Of a stretch of 64,000 nt of DNA, positions 13,783 through 26,811 are shown in pieces. The stretch spans positions 74,028,001 through 74,092,000 of the forward strand of contig OX597818.1 in NCBI GenBank assembly GCA_951406725.2, given 5' to 3'. How positions within the stretch are numbered: position 1 is the first letter of the stretch; every line of letters starts with the position of its first letter. Position numbers and translations under genes: made by a program. Source of the stretch: Octopus vulgaris (lineage: Eukaryota). Below the pieces are notes generated by a model. That model ran no database searches. It saw only the letters and a program-made list of their open reading frames with translations, and was not told the DNA's origin.

Positions 13783-14050
13783 TATTTGCCAATATGGCAG
13801 TCCTGGTTTAGGATGAATGTTGCTGTAATTTAGCCCCAGGAGACATCGACTTCAGCTGGCTATACGACTATATTTTCGAACAAGGGAATCTAACAGCACC
13901 ACTCAGCTCAAAACAATACTTATGTATCGTGATTTCCGGGTTATTTCCCTTCATCAGCACAGAATAATTGTTCGCCTAGAGGTGGCGCTGCCAAATTCCC
14001 GTTACAACATTCGTCCTAAACCTGGACTGCCATGTTATGTTGGTAAATTA
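13783..14050 (-). mobile_element. Small non-autonomous PLE/retrozyme-like element with inverted ends and a hammerhead
   Basis: 29-bp inverted arms at 13794-13822 and 14005-14033 (2 mismatches). Shares tagccccaggaga..cagctggctat with the elements at 55705 and 42300. Confidence 0.65.
13921..13961 (-). ncRNA. Minimal type I hammerhead ribozyme motif
   Basis: Minus strand: ugug CUGAUGA aggg-aaauaa-cccg GAA AUC-ac-GAU A caua. Stems I, II and III all pair; 10.1/11.1 is a mismatch. Confidence 0.65.
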
Positions 14051-14194
14051 TATTTAATCCAAAGTACTGTTACTGAATATCTCTCGTTGTGAGATTTACA
14101 AATAGTAATTTTCTAAACCACAGGAAGAGTATAGCGAATACATGTATTTAGTTTATTATACATATTAGTTATTGTTATTATTATTATTATTATT

Positions 14195-14850
14195 CAAGAT
14201 TCCAATATCGTTATGTGTCTACCGGGGGTTTTGTACTGTCTGTCAAGTCACAACAATAATCTCAGACAGGTAGTACTTCACGCAGCATGAGTGCATTTCA
14301 AAGTAATGCCGATTTTTACAATACACCTAGATTGTAGGGTATTTTAAGTTTCCAGACGTTTTTTTTTCAGATTGGGTGGTATTGAACCCAATGCTCCGAT
14401 GACTACAGGGACAAATTTTATGTTTGACTCTCGTAGCTGCCAAATCTTGGTGATCTCAATCCTCAGGATCTCCATATTTTCCAATATTTTCTTTTTCTTT
14501 CACGGTATGTTGGTCTCTTGGCACTGTCACGTCAATTATTAATCACTCTTGGATGTCCCTCCTATATCTTGCCTTCGGTCTGGCAACTTGTCTTTCTGGA
14601 AGTCCAAGTCGCAGAGGATTTCTACCTTCCCTTTTTTGTCCATTAGATTTTCCAGTACCAAGCACCCTTTACCTCGTATCCATACTTCCGGCATAGTAAC
14701 CACTCTCAGTTCATTAGTTTATTTACTGACATTGGACACATGTCCTTTTCCATCCCAAATTTCAAGGTAAGTCAGCCTACTCCGCGACTTCTTTCCAGCT
14801 TTGCTCTTTCGTGATGTTCGATAAGTGTATCATATACTTCCTTCCATCAC
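14195..14850 (-). mobile_element. R4/Dong-like (RLE-type) non-LTR retrotransposon 3' relic
   Basis: Minus translation CDFQ.D..DRRQDI..IIDVTVP.D...KYGD/RIEITKIWQL..FVPVVIGALGSIP matches a restriction-like endonuclease domain. The 3' end abuts (TTA)n. Confidence 0.75.
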
Positions 14851-15329
14851 TTATGTCTGTTTTTGTGTATACCATGTATGTGATCTCTTGTGACATAACG
14901 ACCGTCCGAGGCCAGATCCTTGCACTTGATGCGGGCAGTTTCGGACGTGGCGGGCGTGAATCCTTCACCATGATCGGCTATAGCTTCATTCTTACCGTTA
15001 ATTCTTTCCTTGTTTTGTTGCATCATGATTGCATGAGTCATTCGTGGGGTTCTCACGGGAGTTGTTACTGAGATCCCATCTTTCTCTTCCTCTTTTATTT
15101 GTATATACACTTGTATATGTGTGTACATACACACATATATATATATATAAATAACGTGCTTTCATTGTGTTGCCTCCATAACCACAGTGATTATAATTAC
15201 CGCCATTTTTCTACCTATAGCACTTAAAATTATCAATTATAATATGGGTCCCAGTATATTGCAGTAGATCTTCGTCATTATTTATCAAATACTCGGCAAG
15301 AGTTCTTCTTTCACTTCTTATACAATGGT

Positions 15330-15508
15330 CTCTGCCACCATTCTTTCTTTTCGTATAGTCTGTTTACGTTTGCAGTTAACACTTAATACTATCTTTTGCG
15401 CTCCCTGCATGAATTGTAATCCAGAGGTCATTCTCAACTAATTTTTAGTTCCTTTACTGGTCATTTCAAGTGCTCCCACAATCATTGGTTTTGTGACCGT
15501 TTTGAGAG
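15330..15508 (-). mobile_element. Second RLE-type LINE 3' fragment
   Basis: Minus translation LKTVTKPMIVGALEM resembles the VPxxVGALG motif. Confidence 0.45.
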
Positions 15509-15775
15509 TAGGAGAAAGAGAAGCAGCCTGGTGAACAGATCAAATTCTAGAGGTCTATAAATGTATTCGACAGATGGTAAGGTGATCAGCAGTGGGCATT
15601 CCTGTGCGATAAGGAGACAAAAGAAGCCTCACAAGCTTGGGGTCAGCAGAGGTCAAATGCGTTTACTACTACTAGCGGTCAATGCGAGCGCTGGCTTTGG
15701 TTTTGAAAAGAACCAGTTCACATTGTTCTATTTTTAATTACTAATTGAAAATATAACAATAAGGATAATAATAAT

Positions 15776-15843
<68 letters not shown>

Positions 15844-15977
15844 TGATGTTCACATCGTTGAAATTTTGAATTTCTGATGTTTTTTTTTATTTTTATTTTC
15901 TTTATATAAGTTTTACTGAAGTTTATAGTTGTTGTAATTGTACAGTTTGTATTTATTAGCAGGTGCGTACTTTCTGA

Positions 15978-16064
15978 ATTATTATTATTATTATAGTCAT
16001 TATTATTATTGTTGTTGTTGTTGTTGTTGTTACGAGCACTAGCAGCGGCAGCAGCAGCGGCAGC

Positions 16065-16149
<85 letters not shown>

Positions 16150-16172
16150 ATGGTGGTGGTGGTGGTGGTGGT
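15978..16172. repeat. compound trinucleotide microsatellite (TTA/TTG/GCA/GTA/GTG)
   Basis: Direct reading. Confidence 0.95.
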
Positions 16173-16974
16173 TTTTCGGCCGACATACCACAATATTTTT
16201 ATTTCTCAGTAGTACATCATAAAGAATCTAGCTGGGAAGCAATATAAATTATGTCTTATAAGGAAGTTCTATGGTTTCGAATATTGAAAAACAAGGAAAT
16301 TAAATGCTGGAAATCTTTCACGCCCTACCGTATGACCGTTTCGAGGATATTAACATTTCTGAATTTGCCAAAGGAGAAACATTTCTCGGAAAAAATGCTG
16401 CAACATATTTAATCAACCCCCTTCTTCATTGGTACTTATTCATGACATTGCACTTGGTGAATACTTAGCAAAGAAGTATGAAATATGATAGCAATATTGG
16501 TGAGGTTTCAAATCAGACGATATATTAACATAACTGAAGTTGAAGCCATATTTTCCGGTGCTTTAATAATTTTGCAAGCTAGTGCAATAATTAATAATGT
16601 ATTTTTAATTTAAAGTAGTATCATATTCAAGCAACAATTTTAGATTTTGATACAAGGCCAGTAATATTAGAAAAAAGGATATGGTGATTACATCGACACT
16701 ATTTTTAATGATCAACTTGTATTTAGTTCATCAACCTCAAAAGGATGAAATTTCAAGTTGACCTCAGAATGAAAATATGCATGAAATGGTGCTAAGCATT
16801 CTGTCAGCAGTTGCCAGGAAGCTTCAAGGGGATATAGGCCCTAATTCTGATTTAGTTACGTCGTGGTTTGCTGTATATAAATATATATATACTCTAGGGT
16901 TCTGTGCATTGATTTTCCAAGGGACCTATAATACTGGAAAGACAACTGTGTTTACCGCCTTTGCGTTCCATAGG

Positions 16975-17205
16975 TAATAATCCTTTCTACTATAGGCACA
17001 AGGCCTGAAATTTTGATGAAGGGGTTCAGTTGATTACATGAACCCTTGATGTCACACGTTTACTTAATTTAACGGTCCCGAAAAGGATGGAAGTTAAAAT
17101 TGACTAGGGCAGAATTTAAACTCAGAAAGAAACAACGGATTAAATGTTACTAAGGATTTAGTCTGTCGGGTAGTGATTCGGTCATTTCGCTTTCTTTGCT
17201 GGCCT
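16975..17205 (-). mobile_element. SINE family B remnant
   Basis: Homologous by eye to 28930-29158 and 58340-58830 (ggcacaaggcctgaaatttt..., aaggatg.aag..aaa.tgac). Confidence 0.7.
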
Positions 17206-17229
17206 TAATTAATAATAATACCTTGTATA

Positions 17230-18070
17230 ATACAAGCCATCTTATTTGCTGAGAATGAATAGATCTGCCAGAAATAACTAACTGATATATTTTATGATTC
17301 TTCTCAACCATCATGGTACCATCCTTTGTTCTGATTCATCTGCAGTTTTAGCATCCTGACTTTCTGCTAGAGGACCCACTTATATTCTTAATGTACTTTA
17401 TATCCTACCGGAAATTTTTTCACGCTGACCAGGTCTCTTTAGCCTCCCTACACTCACGTTTAATTAGTCTATCCAGCTCGCTAGACCTTTTAGATTTCCT
17501 GATATTCTGTCTGTTACTCATAATTGAAAGGACCTCCTCAATGATCCATTTCCTTTTTTTATATATATTTACTTTTGGCAAGATTTCCTGGGCTGTCTCT
17601 TCTAAGGTGTTTCTCATTACTTTCTGGGTCAACTCGTCGCCATAATCATTCAACTGATTAAATATGTTCATTACATTGATGGAATACTCAACTGTAACTC
17701 CGGTTCATCCAGTTGCTCACTAACCAGTTTCTTTGTAGCTTTTATTCTCTTCAACTTTTTTCACTTACATTGCAGTGTGTATACCACTGGTACATTATCT
17801 TTCTTACAGTCTGCCCCTAGATATGTTTCTGCATATTTTACTGGACTTTTAAATCTGTCATTCATGGAGATATAATCAATCTGGTTTCTCAATGTGTCAC
17901 CAGGGACCTACGATGTATAAATTATTCTAGGGTGTTTCTTAAACCAGGAGTTCGTAATAATACTATTCAATGTCTCACATCAACATATTCATCTCTCACC
18001 TCAAACATTTTTCCTCGCTAATTTCACTCTGACCAACTTTACCGTCCTGTCGACGATCTAACCTTGCATT
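17230..18070 (-). mobile_element. RTE LINE endonuclease/linker segment (inverted)
   Basis: Minus translation RNQIDYI..DRFKSPVKYAETYLGADC, then KKRKWIIEE...IKRECREAKE. Confidence 0.8.
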
Positions 18071-18199
18071 CCTGTGTCCCAAGCTGGTTGAGAAGATTGA
18101 CATTTTGAATGGATGAACAGAAAATATGGATTTATTTCATGATGAGTGAGCAACCTTGCCTGGTGTTTTTACTCTAATGAGTAAAGATCCTACCATCTG

Positions 18200-19020
18200 A
18201 AGTACAGGTAGCCACCAAAATGATGAGGAAAAAACATAGATGCTGGATCAAACGGAATTGCCTTTGAGATGATAAAAGCATTAGAGAAATATGAAATTAG
18301 AAAACTGACAGCTGTTATCTACAAGATCTACGGTGATAGGAGACTGCCAGAAATTTTGTGTAAGTCCTTCTTTATGGCACTCCCGAAGAAATCAGGAGCG
18401 GTAAATTGTGAACAACATCGCAGCATTTGTCTCATGAGTCACATTTCAAGGATCATTCTTAGAACTTTACTCCTGCGAGCAAGAAGCAGAATGACACCTG
18501 AGATTAAAATTGAACAGTTTGGCTTTGCCAAGGGTGCTAGTACTAAAAATGATGTTTTTGTATTCAGCATGATAACGGATCGGTTTGTAAAGTTGTAAAA
18601 ATACGCCTTCATATGTTTTATAGATTCCACAAAAGCCTTCGGCAAAGTAAGACATGACATTTTATTTGAAGAATTCAGTAACCTTGATTTGCATTGGAAA
18701 CACCTCCAAGTCTTGCAGAGACTATATTGGAAACGATAGTGTTCATAAAAGTTAAAACACTAGCATCCCGAGAGGGGATAGACAAGGATGTGTTATGCCA
18801 TCAGATCTCTTCAGTTACTATAGCAAATTGATCATAAAAAATTAGAGAAAGAAAAAGTCCTAGGGTATGAGGCAGCAACATCACAAACATAAGATAAGCA
18901 GATGACACAGCCTTACTTGCAGAAATAGAAAAAGAACTTCTAGATGTAGTGCTCAGAGGTGAGCGGAGAAGTTTGTTCATAAATAGCAAGACGATAGAGT
19001 GTATGGTGATACACCATTTC
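18200..19020 (+). mobile_element. RTE LINE RT segment
   Basis: LPKKSGAVNCEQHRSICLMSH..EQFGF; FIDSTKAF; G.RQGCVMPS; ADDTALLAE. Confidence 0.85.
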
Positions 19021-19404
19021 ACATATAGTCATGGGCAAGCAATTCAATTCACTTTTGGTTGAGTTCAAGTAAGTCATGTTGATAAACCATAAAATGGCGA
19101 AAGAACGATGTCCATCGCCTCTGAATGGAATTTGGAGTTTTCTGGTCCGTCTATGACTTCAGGGATTTTAACAAACGAAGCTTTAAGAGAGTCATCTCCG
19201 CCACGTCAGTTCACACACTATCGGTAGGGCATATTATGTATGTGTGTTCGATGATACAAATATATACATAAATAAATAGATACATACTAAAAAACATGCA
19301 TACATACATACGTAGGTAAGGTAGGTAGGTAGATACTTAAATAGATAGATAGACAGATAGGCAGGCAGACTGCCAGATGGACAGAGAGGCAGACAGAGGG
19401 ACAG

Positions 19405-19414
19405 ATAGATAGAC

Positions 19415-19508
<94 letters not shown>
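19405..19508. repeat. (GATA)n microsatellite
   Basis: Direct reading. Confidence 0.95.
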
Positions 19509-19689
19509 TAGTGACTGGCGAAAAGAATAATATAGAATTTCAATTGATATAAAATATTCTAAGATAAAAAGATTGAAATCTGACGTTTTGCGGGCAATCA
19601 TTCCATCGGAATATAAAAGAAACAGTGAGAGAAACAGGAAGAATGAAAGTGATCTGGTACTAGTGTTTGTAGTACTGTTTCTGGTAATA

Positions 19690-20117
19690 GTATGGGTCTT
19701 GGAGATTGTCGTCGTAGTGGTGCAGGTGTCTGCGGTTTTGATGGTGATAGTGGTGATTGTAGTGGTAGTGGTAGTGGTGGTACTAGTAGTATTTTTGATG
19801 GTATTGGTACTTGTAGTTGTAGATTAGTAATCCTGTTGGCGAGAAAGCCGGCAGCAATGTTTAGAGAATATTTTTTTATATTTCGGAGTGTCTCTCGACA
19901 AGGTTGTAGTGGTGATAGTCGTCATAGTTATTTTCGTCACCATAGTGGTGTAAGTGTTTGTGGTTTTGATGGTGATAGTGGAGAGAGTAGTGATGGTGGT
20001 GGTGGTAGTGGTGGTGGTGATGGTAGTGGTATTTTTGATACTATTGGAACTGCTAGTGGTAGATTAATAATGTGGTTGGTGGGAAAACCTGCAATAACGT
20101 TTACAGAATAATTTTAT
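19690..20117 (+). repeat. Diverged ~225-bp tandem duplication of a GT-rich unit
   Basis: ggttttgatggtgatagtgg...tatttttgat..tattgg.act..tagt.gtagatta.taat...gttta.agaata occurs twice. Confidence 0.8.
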
Positions 20118-20426
20118 ATAATTAGGGAATTCCTATAATAAAATATATTTCACTAATGCCCCGGCATGACCGTAATCAATTGGCAAACATGAGTAAAACA
20201 ATAAAAAGATAAAATAATACAATATGATCCTGTAGAAGATAAAATGTTCACCATTGTGACATAGCGCCAAACTATGGGTAAAAAGTGCTGTCAGCAGTCA
20301 TTTGAGGAATATAATGTCGAAATAATTAGCAGAGTGATTTAGTTGTTATGTCCAATGGTTCGAGAAAGTTCCTGGACATTCCTTCAAATGCCTCCTTGTC
20401 TATGTATTTATCTACACAGGTATATA

Positions 20427-20523
<97 letters not shown>

Positions 20524-20562
20524 ATGTATATGTATGTATGCATGCATGTATATATATGTATG

Positions 20563-20629
<67 letters not shown>

Positions 20630-20631
<2 letters not shown>

Positions 20632-21078
20632 ACAAATTTAGGGAATAGAGCATGCCATCTACTGACTTCTCGAAGCTTACTAAGCTTTCTAACTTCCTAC
20701 TACTGGATCTTTAGCTCTTTGTCCTGTTTTTATTCTTTACTTGTACTGTATTTTTTGGTATTTGTATTTGTTTTTTTATTTGTATTGCTTTTACGTCCTG
20801 TTTTTGTCACATTTTTTTCTTTCCTTGTTTTTACCCCTCTGCAAAGGAATTTTATTTAATTCTTTCGCATGAAGGGCTAGTTCGACGAGTCGTGTTCTGT
20901 CCTTACCTTTAAAACACGCATGGAGTCGAACTAGGGACAGCTAATGAAGGGGAATTTTCCTTGTATTGTTTGTCTTGTACTCTGTTTTTTCGTTGTTAAA
21001 AAAAGTCCGTTTCCATGTTTGTTTTTACGTTTTCGTTTCTCGTTGAGTTCTACGTCTATTTGTGGCGTCCTGTACTCA
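20630..21078 (+). mobile_element. ~450-bp microsatellite-embedded element (probable PLE pLTR) containing a structured RNA motif
   Basis: Flanked by (TA)n on both sides, with T-rich tracts and several complementary segments at 20877-20952. Confidence 0.5.
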
Positions 21079-21166
21079 CATATATATATATTTATATATG
21101 CATGTATATATACATGTAGATGTAGGTACGTACATGTATGTATGTATGCATATATTTTATTTATTA

Positions 21167-21229
<63 letters not shown>

Positions 21230-21917
21230 TTTATATATATATATTTATATTTATATTTATATTTATATTTATATTTATTTATATATTTATATTTATATTT
21301 ACATTTATATTTATATTTATATATATATATCATTTATTATTATTATTGAGTGAGAGAGCAATGCATGCCATCAAAGTGACACTGGGGTAACAAATACGAA
21401 GCCCAGTATACCTATCATGATTACCCGTCTCATTAGGGTATACTAGGCACATGCATCACAACCATGTGTGCGCCACATGGTGATCTCATATCAAGATAAA
21501 CAGCGCATCCCGCTCAGAAGGTACCTGAATATGGATTGTTTAAGGATGTTGAACGAACCACCCATGTTTCCAAAGGTGAATTATCCAAACCCCAAATAAT
21601 TCCTCTCGACACACGGTTATGATGCACCCCCACTACTTCAGCTTGTGATCAGAGATGCACATATCGTCCGCCACTAAGGGACATGGTCAACTGTAACTTT
21701 GTGGTATTGAGCAGAATATTATTATTATTATTATTATAATTATTATTATTATTACTTTTTTTTTCTTCTTTTAAATTTGATTCCATTTCTTGCCGAGTGT
21801 CTTCCCGACTCCTAGGGCAAAGAAACTCATAGTATACATTGGTAGGCCATTAAACCAAACTCAATAGTTCGTTCATTTTTTTTTTTTAAGTTAAATGAAA
21901 ATACACGAGCAGCAAGA

Positions 21918-22026
<109 letters not shown>

Positions 22027-22976
22027 AAGCTGCAAGAGCATCACAAGAAGCTGCTACTCAGAGTTTTACGTTCCCGCTCGTCGGACAGTTGTGATCAGAA
22101 CAGTGATGTTCCTGCAGCTTCAATGATAATAAAATAATAAAGCATTATTCTACATATGGTATTCGAATAGGGATTATTTTACTCTTTATTTTGCATTTAT
22201 GTGCCTACTCGTGTGCAAATGCATATATGTGTGTACGTGTGTGTGTGTGTTAGTATATATACACATACATACATATATGTCCGTGTGTGTGCGCGCGAGT
22301 GTGTTGGCATTTGTGTGTGTGTATTTGTTAGCACACATAAACAAACAGACAAATTCTTTTATTCCCTTATAACTCTGTTTCAATATCTAGTTTTCTATTT
22401 AACTGTGAAACCGGCAGGGGTGCCGACACATCAGAACTGAGAAAGTGTAGTTGTTGAAATGCTAGTCACTTTGTAGATTAAATTCATCAACGCATTCTTA
22501 GATTTGTCCATCGCCAATACTTAAAGATAGCTAGCTTGGCTGTTGTAAGATCCGCAAGGAAGAGATGAACAAAAACTACCAACAGTGCCATAAAGCCAAC
22601 AAATTTTAAAAAAAAGAAAACAAAAAGATATTGATAGCTTCGAATCTGTTGGTAAACAACAATCCCAGCACATGTAGATCAAATATCGAACGCTTTTAGA
22701 GTGATTTCATTTATTTATTTATTTATCTATTTATTTATTCAATCATTTTTTTTTTTTCTTTTTTTACATTCATTTTATCTCGTTTATGTAAAATTTTGGA
22801 TATTATTTGTTACTTTAACGCCGATATCAATCAAGGTACTTTGTTTAAAGTTGATATGCATACATACATACACACACATATATCTGTGTGCCTCTATATA
22901 TATGTGTGTGTGTGTGTGTGTGCGTGTGTGTATGTATATATTGGAAGATGATATATTTATAAACACACACGCGCAT

Positions 22977-23022
<46 letters not shown>

Positions 23023-23055
23023 GGTATGAATATATAAATATATGTGTGTGCGTGT

Positions 23056-23315
23056 GAAAGCGCGTGGCTTAATGGTTAGAGCATTCGGCTCACGAATGTA
23101 GGATCGTGAGTTCAATTCCCGGCGACGTGTTGTGTCTTTGAGCAAAACACTTTATCTCACTTTGCTCCAGTCCACTCACCTGGCAAAAATGAGTTGTACC
23201 TGTATTTCAAAGGGACAGGCTTGTCACACTCTGTGTCACGCGGAATCTCCCTGATAAGTACGTTAGAGGTACACGTATCAGCTGCGACCCTCGTCGTCGT
23301 AACCAACGGAGTGCT
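23056..23315 (+). mobile_element. tRNA-derived SINE family C
   Basis: Pol III A box TGGCTTAATGG and B box GTTCAATTCC in a tRNA-like head, then tgtgtctttgagcaa.acact core. Other copies at 31990 and 50545. Confidence 0.85.
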
Positions 23316-23596
23316 CCTTATATATCAGGACCTGCATAATTTTCATATCGTTTGCATTGTATGTTGCTAATGCTACAAAGACACACGAAAGAGAATGGTG
23401 GTTACACAGACATAAAGAAAAGTAATAGAATAATTGGACAAATTAATATTACTATATCTGTCTTTTTGTCATACTCGTTCTCTTGGTCAATATTATACAT
23501 TCATACATATATACATACATGCATGTACGTATGTATGAATGTACGTATATATGTTATAAAGACTTTTACATATGTATACAAGTGTATGTGTGTATG

Positions 23597-23629
<33 letters not shown>

Positions 23630-23905
23630 GTTCATATGTATATATGTATATAAATATATATATATATATTATGTACACTAGATATACATTCACTTGCACG
23701 TATACACACACACACAGTGAGTTAGAGGTTGAGAAACCAACTAAGGGATAGTACCCATCCAATATATTGCTGGTAGTGTACCCAATTATTCATGCCCAAG
23801 TGCTAGTTATCGCGTAGTAATCTCGCAACTGAGTGTTATCTATGTGCATGTGTAAAAAGTGATTTACCCTTGATGCCGTATATATATATATACATTTAGT
23901 TGTAC

Positions 23906-23944
<39 letters not shown>

Positions 23945-24055
23945 TCTACTTGTACGTATATATATATATATACATATGCATATTATTGTTTTGATGTGAA
24001 CATGTGTATTCGCATGTGTATGCACGTGGGTATGGACAAAAGAGATGCTGACAAA

Positions 24056-24100
<45 letters not shown>

Positions 24101-24687
24101 AGAGAGATACAGACAAACAGTCAGTCAGAAAGGGATAGAAAGTAGAATGAATAAGAAGTAACAAGAAAACATATTACAGTTATCATAACAAACATACTGT
24201 GGAACTGAGAAAAATAATCAATACGGAGAACAATATTTGTGACATTTTGAACAGTTATGTCACTTTTAGGAATTAGTAATAGATTTCAGGTATGAGTACA
24301 GAGACACAGGTTTTACACACAAACACCCTTACAACTTAAAAGCAAACACATATAGTAGGGTATTTTGCATGTGTGCGCGTGGGTGTGTGTGTGTGTATCT
24401 GCGTGAGTATGTACGCAATTATATTATATGAATACCTACAGATATGTATATGAAATACTTGTTTTGAAACTATATTTACTTTCTCGTGACAACCTGCCTA
24501 CCTTTTTTAAAATGGTAATAGAGGAATATCTGAAATGTAGCTCGACTAAAATCCAATCAAAATCACAGTCTATTATCCTAAAATAACTGTGACCACCTGG
24601 GTAATCTAATAGATATACCTAAATGTGGTCACAGTATCAGCAGCTGCGACTAACTTCAAAATAAAATGTAACGCTATTTTTTTTTCC

Positions 24688-24833
24688 GTAGGCGTAGGTG
24701 TGTGGTAAGAAGCCTGCTTCCCAACCACATGGTTCTGGGCTCAGTCCCACTTCGTGGCAACGTGGGCGAGTGTCTTCTGCTATAGCCTCGGGTCGAGTGG
24801 ATTTGATAAACGGAAACTCAAAGAAGCCTGTCG

Positions 24834-24898
<65 letters not shown>

Positions 24899-25110
24899 GT
24901 GTGTATCTTTGTATCTGTGTTTGTTCCCATCACCACTCAACAGCCGGTGTTGGTTGGTTTACGTCTCCGTGACTTAGCGGTTCAATATAAGAGAGTGATA
25001 TTAGTACTAGGTTTAGAAAATAAGTCCTGTGGTTGAATTGTTGCACTAACCCCCACCCCATTCCAAGGCACTGCTTTAGCAAATGCCTGACAAAAGTAAA
25101 AGAATAAGCG
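24688..25110 (+). mobile_element. tRNA-derived SINE family A with internal microsatellite
   Basis: tgtgtggtaagaagc..gcttcccaaccacatggttc..tcagtcccac...gtgtcttctgctatagcctcggg. Confidence 0.85.
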
Positions 25111-25154
25111 AATAATAAAATAGCTCATTTTAGGTTTCACTTAATATAGAAAAT

Positions 25155-25320
25155 AGGTGGCGAGCTGGTAGAATCCTACTGCGGAGGGAAAAAATGCTTA
25201 GCGGCATTTCTTCCGTCTCTATATTCAAGTTCAAATTCCGACGAGGCCGACTTTACCTTTCATCATTTCGGTGTCGATAAAATGAGTACCAGTTAAATAC
25301 GGACGTCGATGTAATCGATT
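25155..25320 (+). mobile_element. SINE family B
   Basis: ggcgagctgg.agaa...aaatgcttagcggcatttc...gttcaaattcc..gaggccgacttt. Confidence 0.8.
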
Positions 25321-26278
25321 TATTTGAACAATTTAGTTTAGAAATATATGAGAAAGCATGGTGCATCAAAGAATTAAATGTTTAACATAATGGCATGAAG
25401 AAGGGTGTGAGGGCCTGCAGTGAAAAGAATAATAATAAAATCGAAAACAGTATATGTTAATATGTTCTTTCGTCGATAAGAATCATACATAACAAAAAAA
25501 CAAAATAAGGAAAATATATATATATGAAGTTTGTTTGTTATGTATGCCGCTACAACTGTTTGAAATCTAATCCTTCTTACCTTTTTATAGAATTCCTTTA
25601 AATTAAATTCTTCTTTGACTAGTAAGAGAATACGAGTTACAATTAAACGTGGAATAGGAAAACATGCCAAACAAATAATAGGGATTTCTCAATTATCATC
25701 TCCTGGAAGGTAATATATTATTTTTGTTGGGCTTCGAAAATAGGACTTTTTTCCTTTTCAATTAACGAAGAGCAAGCATCTACTCCAACTTCCTTCATTG
25801 GAAATCAGTTGAGTTACATATGATGATTTCAGTTTCTTTACCACAAGACTATAGTGAATTGATGTAGGTAAAGAGAAGAGAAAATAAAATACAAGAGAAA
25901 CGATGATAAAGAACAGATAATCAAATAAATGGCTGGTGTTGATAGAAAATAAATGAGGAGAGAAGATGAATATAGAGTAAGTCCACTTTAGCACTAATAC
26001 ATAATAAGAGGTTGGCACAAAGAAATTAATTGAATATAGACTCATATCGAAATACACAGACCAGGTGTGATTGTATAAATATGTGTGCGTGTGTTTATGT
26101 ATGCGTCAAGAGAGAGAGGGGTGTTAAGACGCCATATTTAAGTATGTTTATATTTACTCAGACACACACGAACACGCATACGCACACATATGCATAAGCA
26201 TGCATAATTGCAATTATGTATATATACACATATAAATGTGTATGTAAATATATATGTATACATATATCATATATACAT

Positions 26279-26310
<32 letters not shown>

Positions 26311-26489
26311 CATACACACATGTGTATGTATGTATGCATGTATGTATGTATGTATGTATGTGTGTATGTATGTATGTATGTATGTACGTATGCTTGTACA
26401 GAGACAGAGAGGAGGGAAATATACAAGAGTGAGGGGGAAAGTAATGCAATTTTTATTTGAATCGCTTTTGGATTCTTCTCCTTATTCTT

Positions 26490-26710
26490 TTATTCTTTTC
26501 ATTCTTTCCGTCATTTGACTGCCGCCATGCTGCAGTACCACTTTTGTCGAACAGATCGATCCCAGGACTTATTCTTGGTAAGCATAGTCCGTATTCTATC
26601 GTTCACTTTTGCCCAACCCTTAAGGCACAGGGACATAAACACATCAGCATCGGTTGTCAAGCGATGGTAGGGGAAGAAATACAGGCACACACACAAATAC
26701 ACACACTAAC
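26490..26710 (-). mobile_element. SINE family A 3' part
   Basis: gtcatttgactgc.gccatgctg..gatcgatcccaggactt. Confidence 0.75.
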
Positions 26711-26718
26711 ACACACAA

Positions 26719-26809
<91 letters not shown>

Positions 26810-26811
<2 letters not shown>

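Noticed and set aside
19692-20111. 139-aa Gly/Ser/Asp-rich ORF with an internal repeat
   Set aside because: Explained by a tandem duplication of GT-rich low-complexity DNA; no domain or splice support
23056-23130. tRNA-like sequence
   Set aside because: The acceptor stem is not formed and it runs into a SINE body, so it is a SINE head, not a tRNA gene
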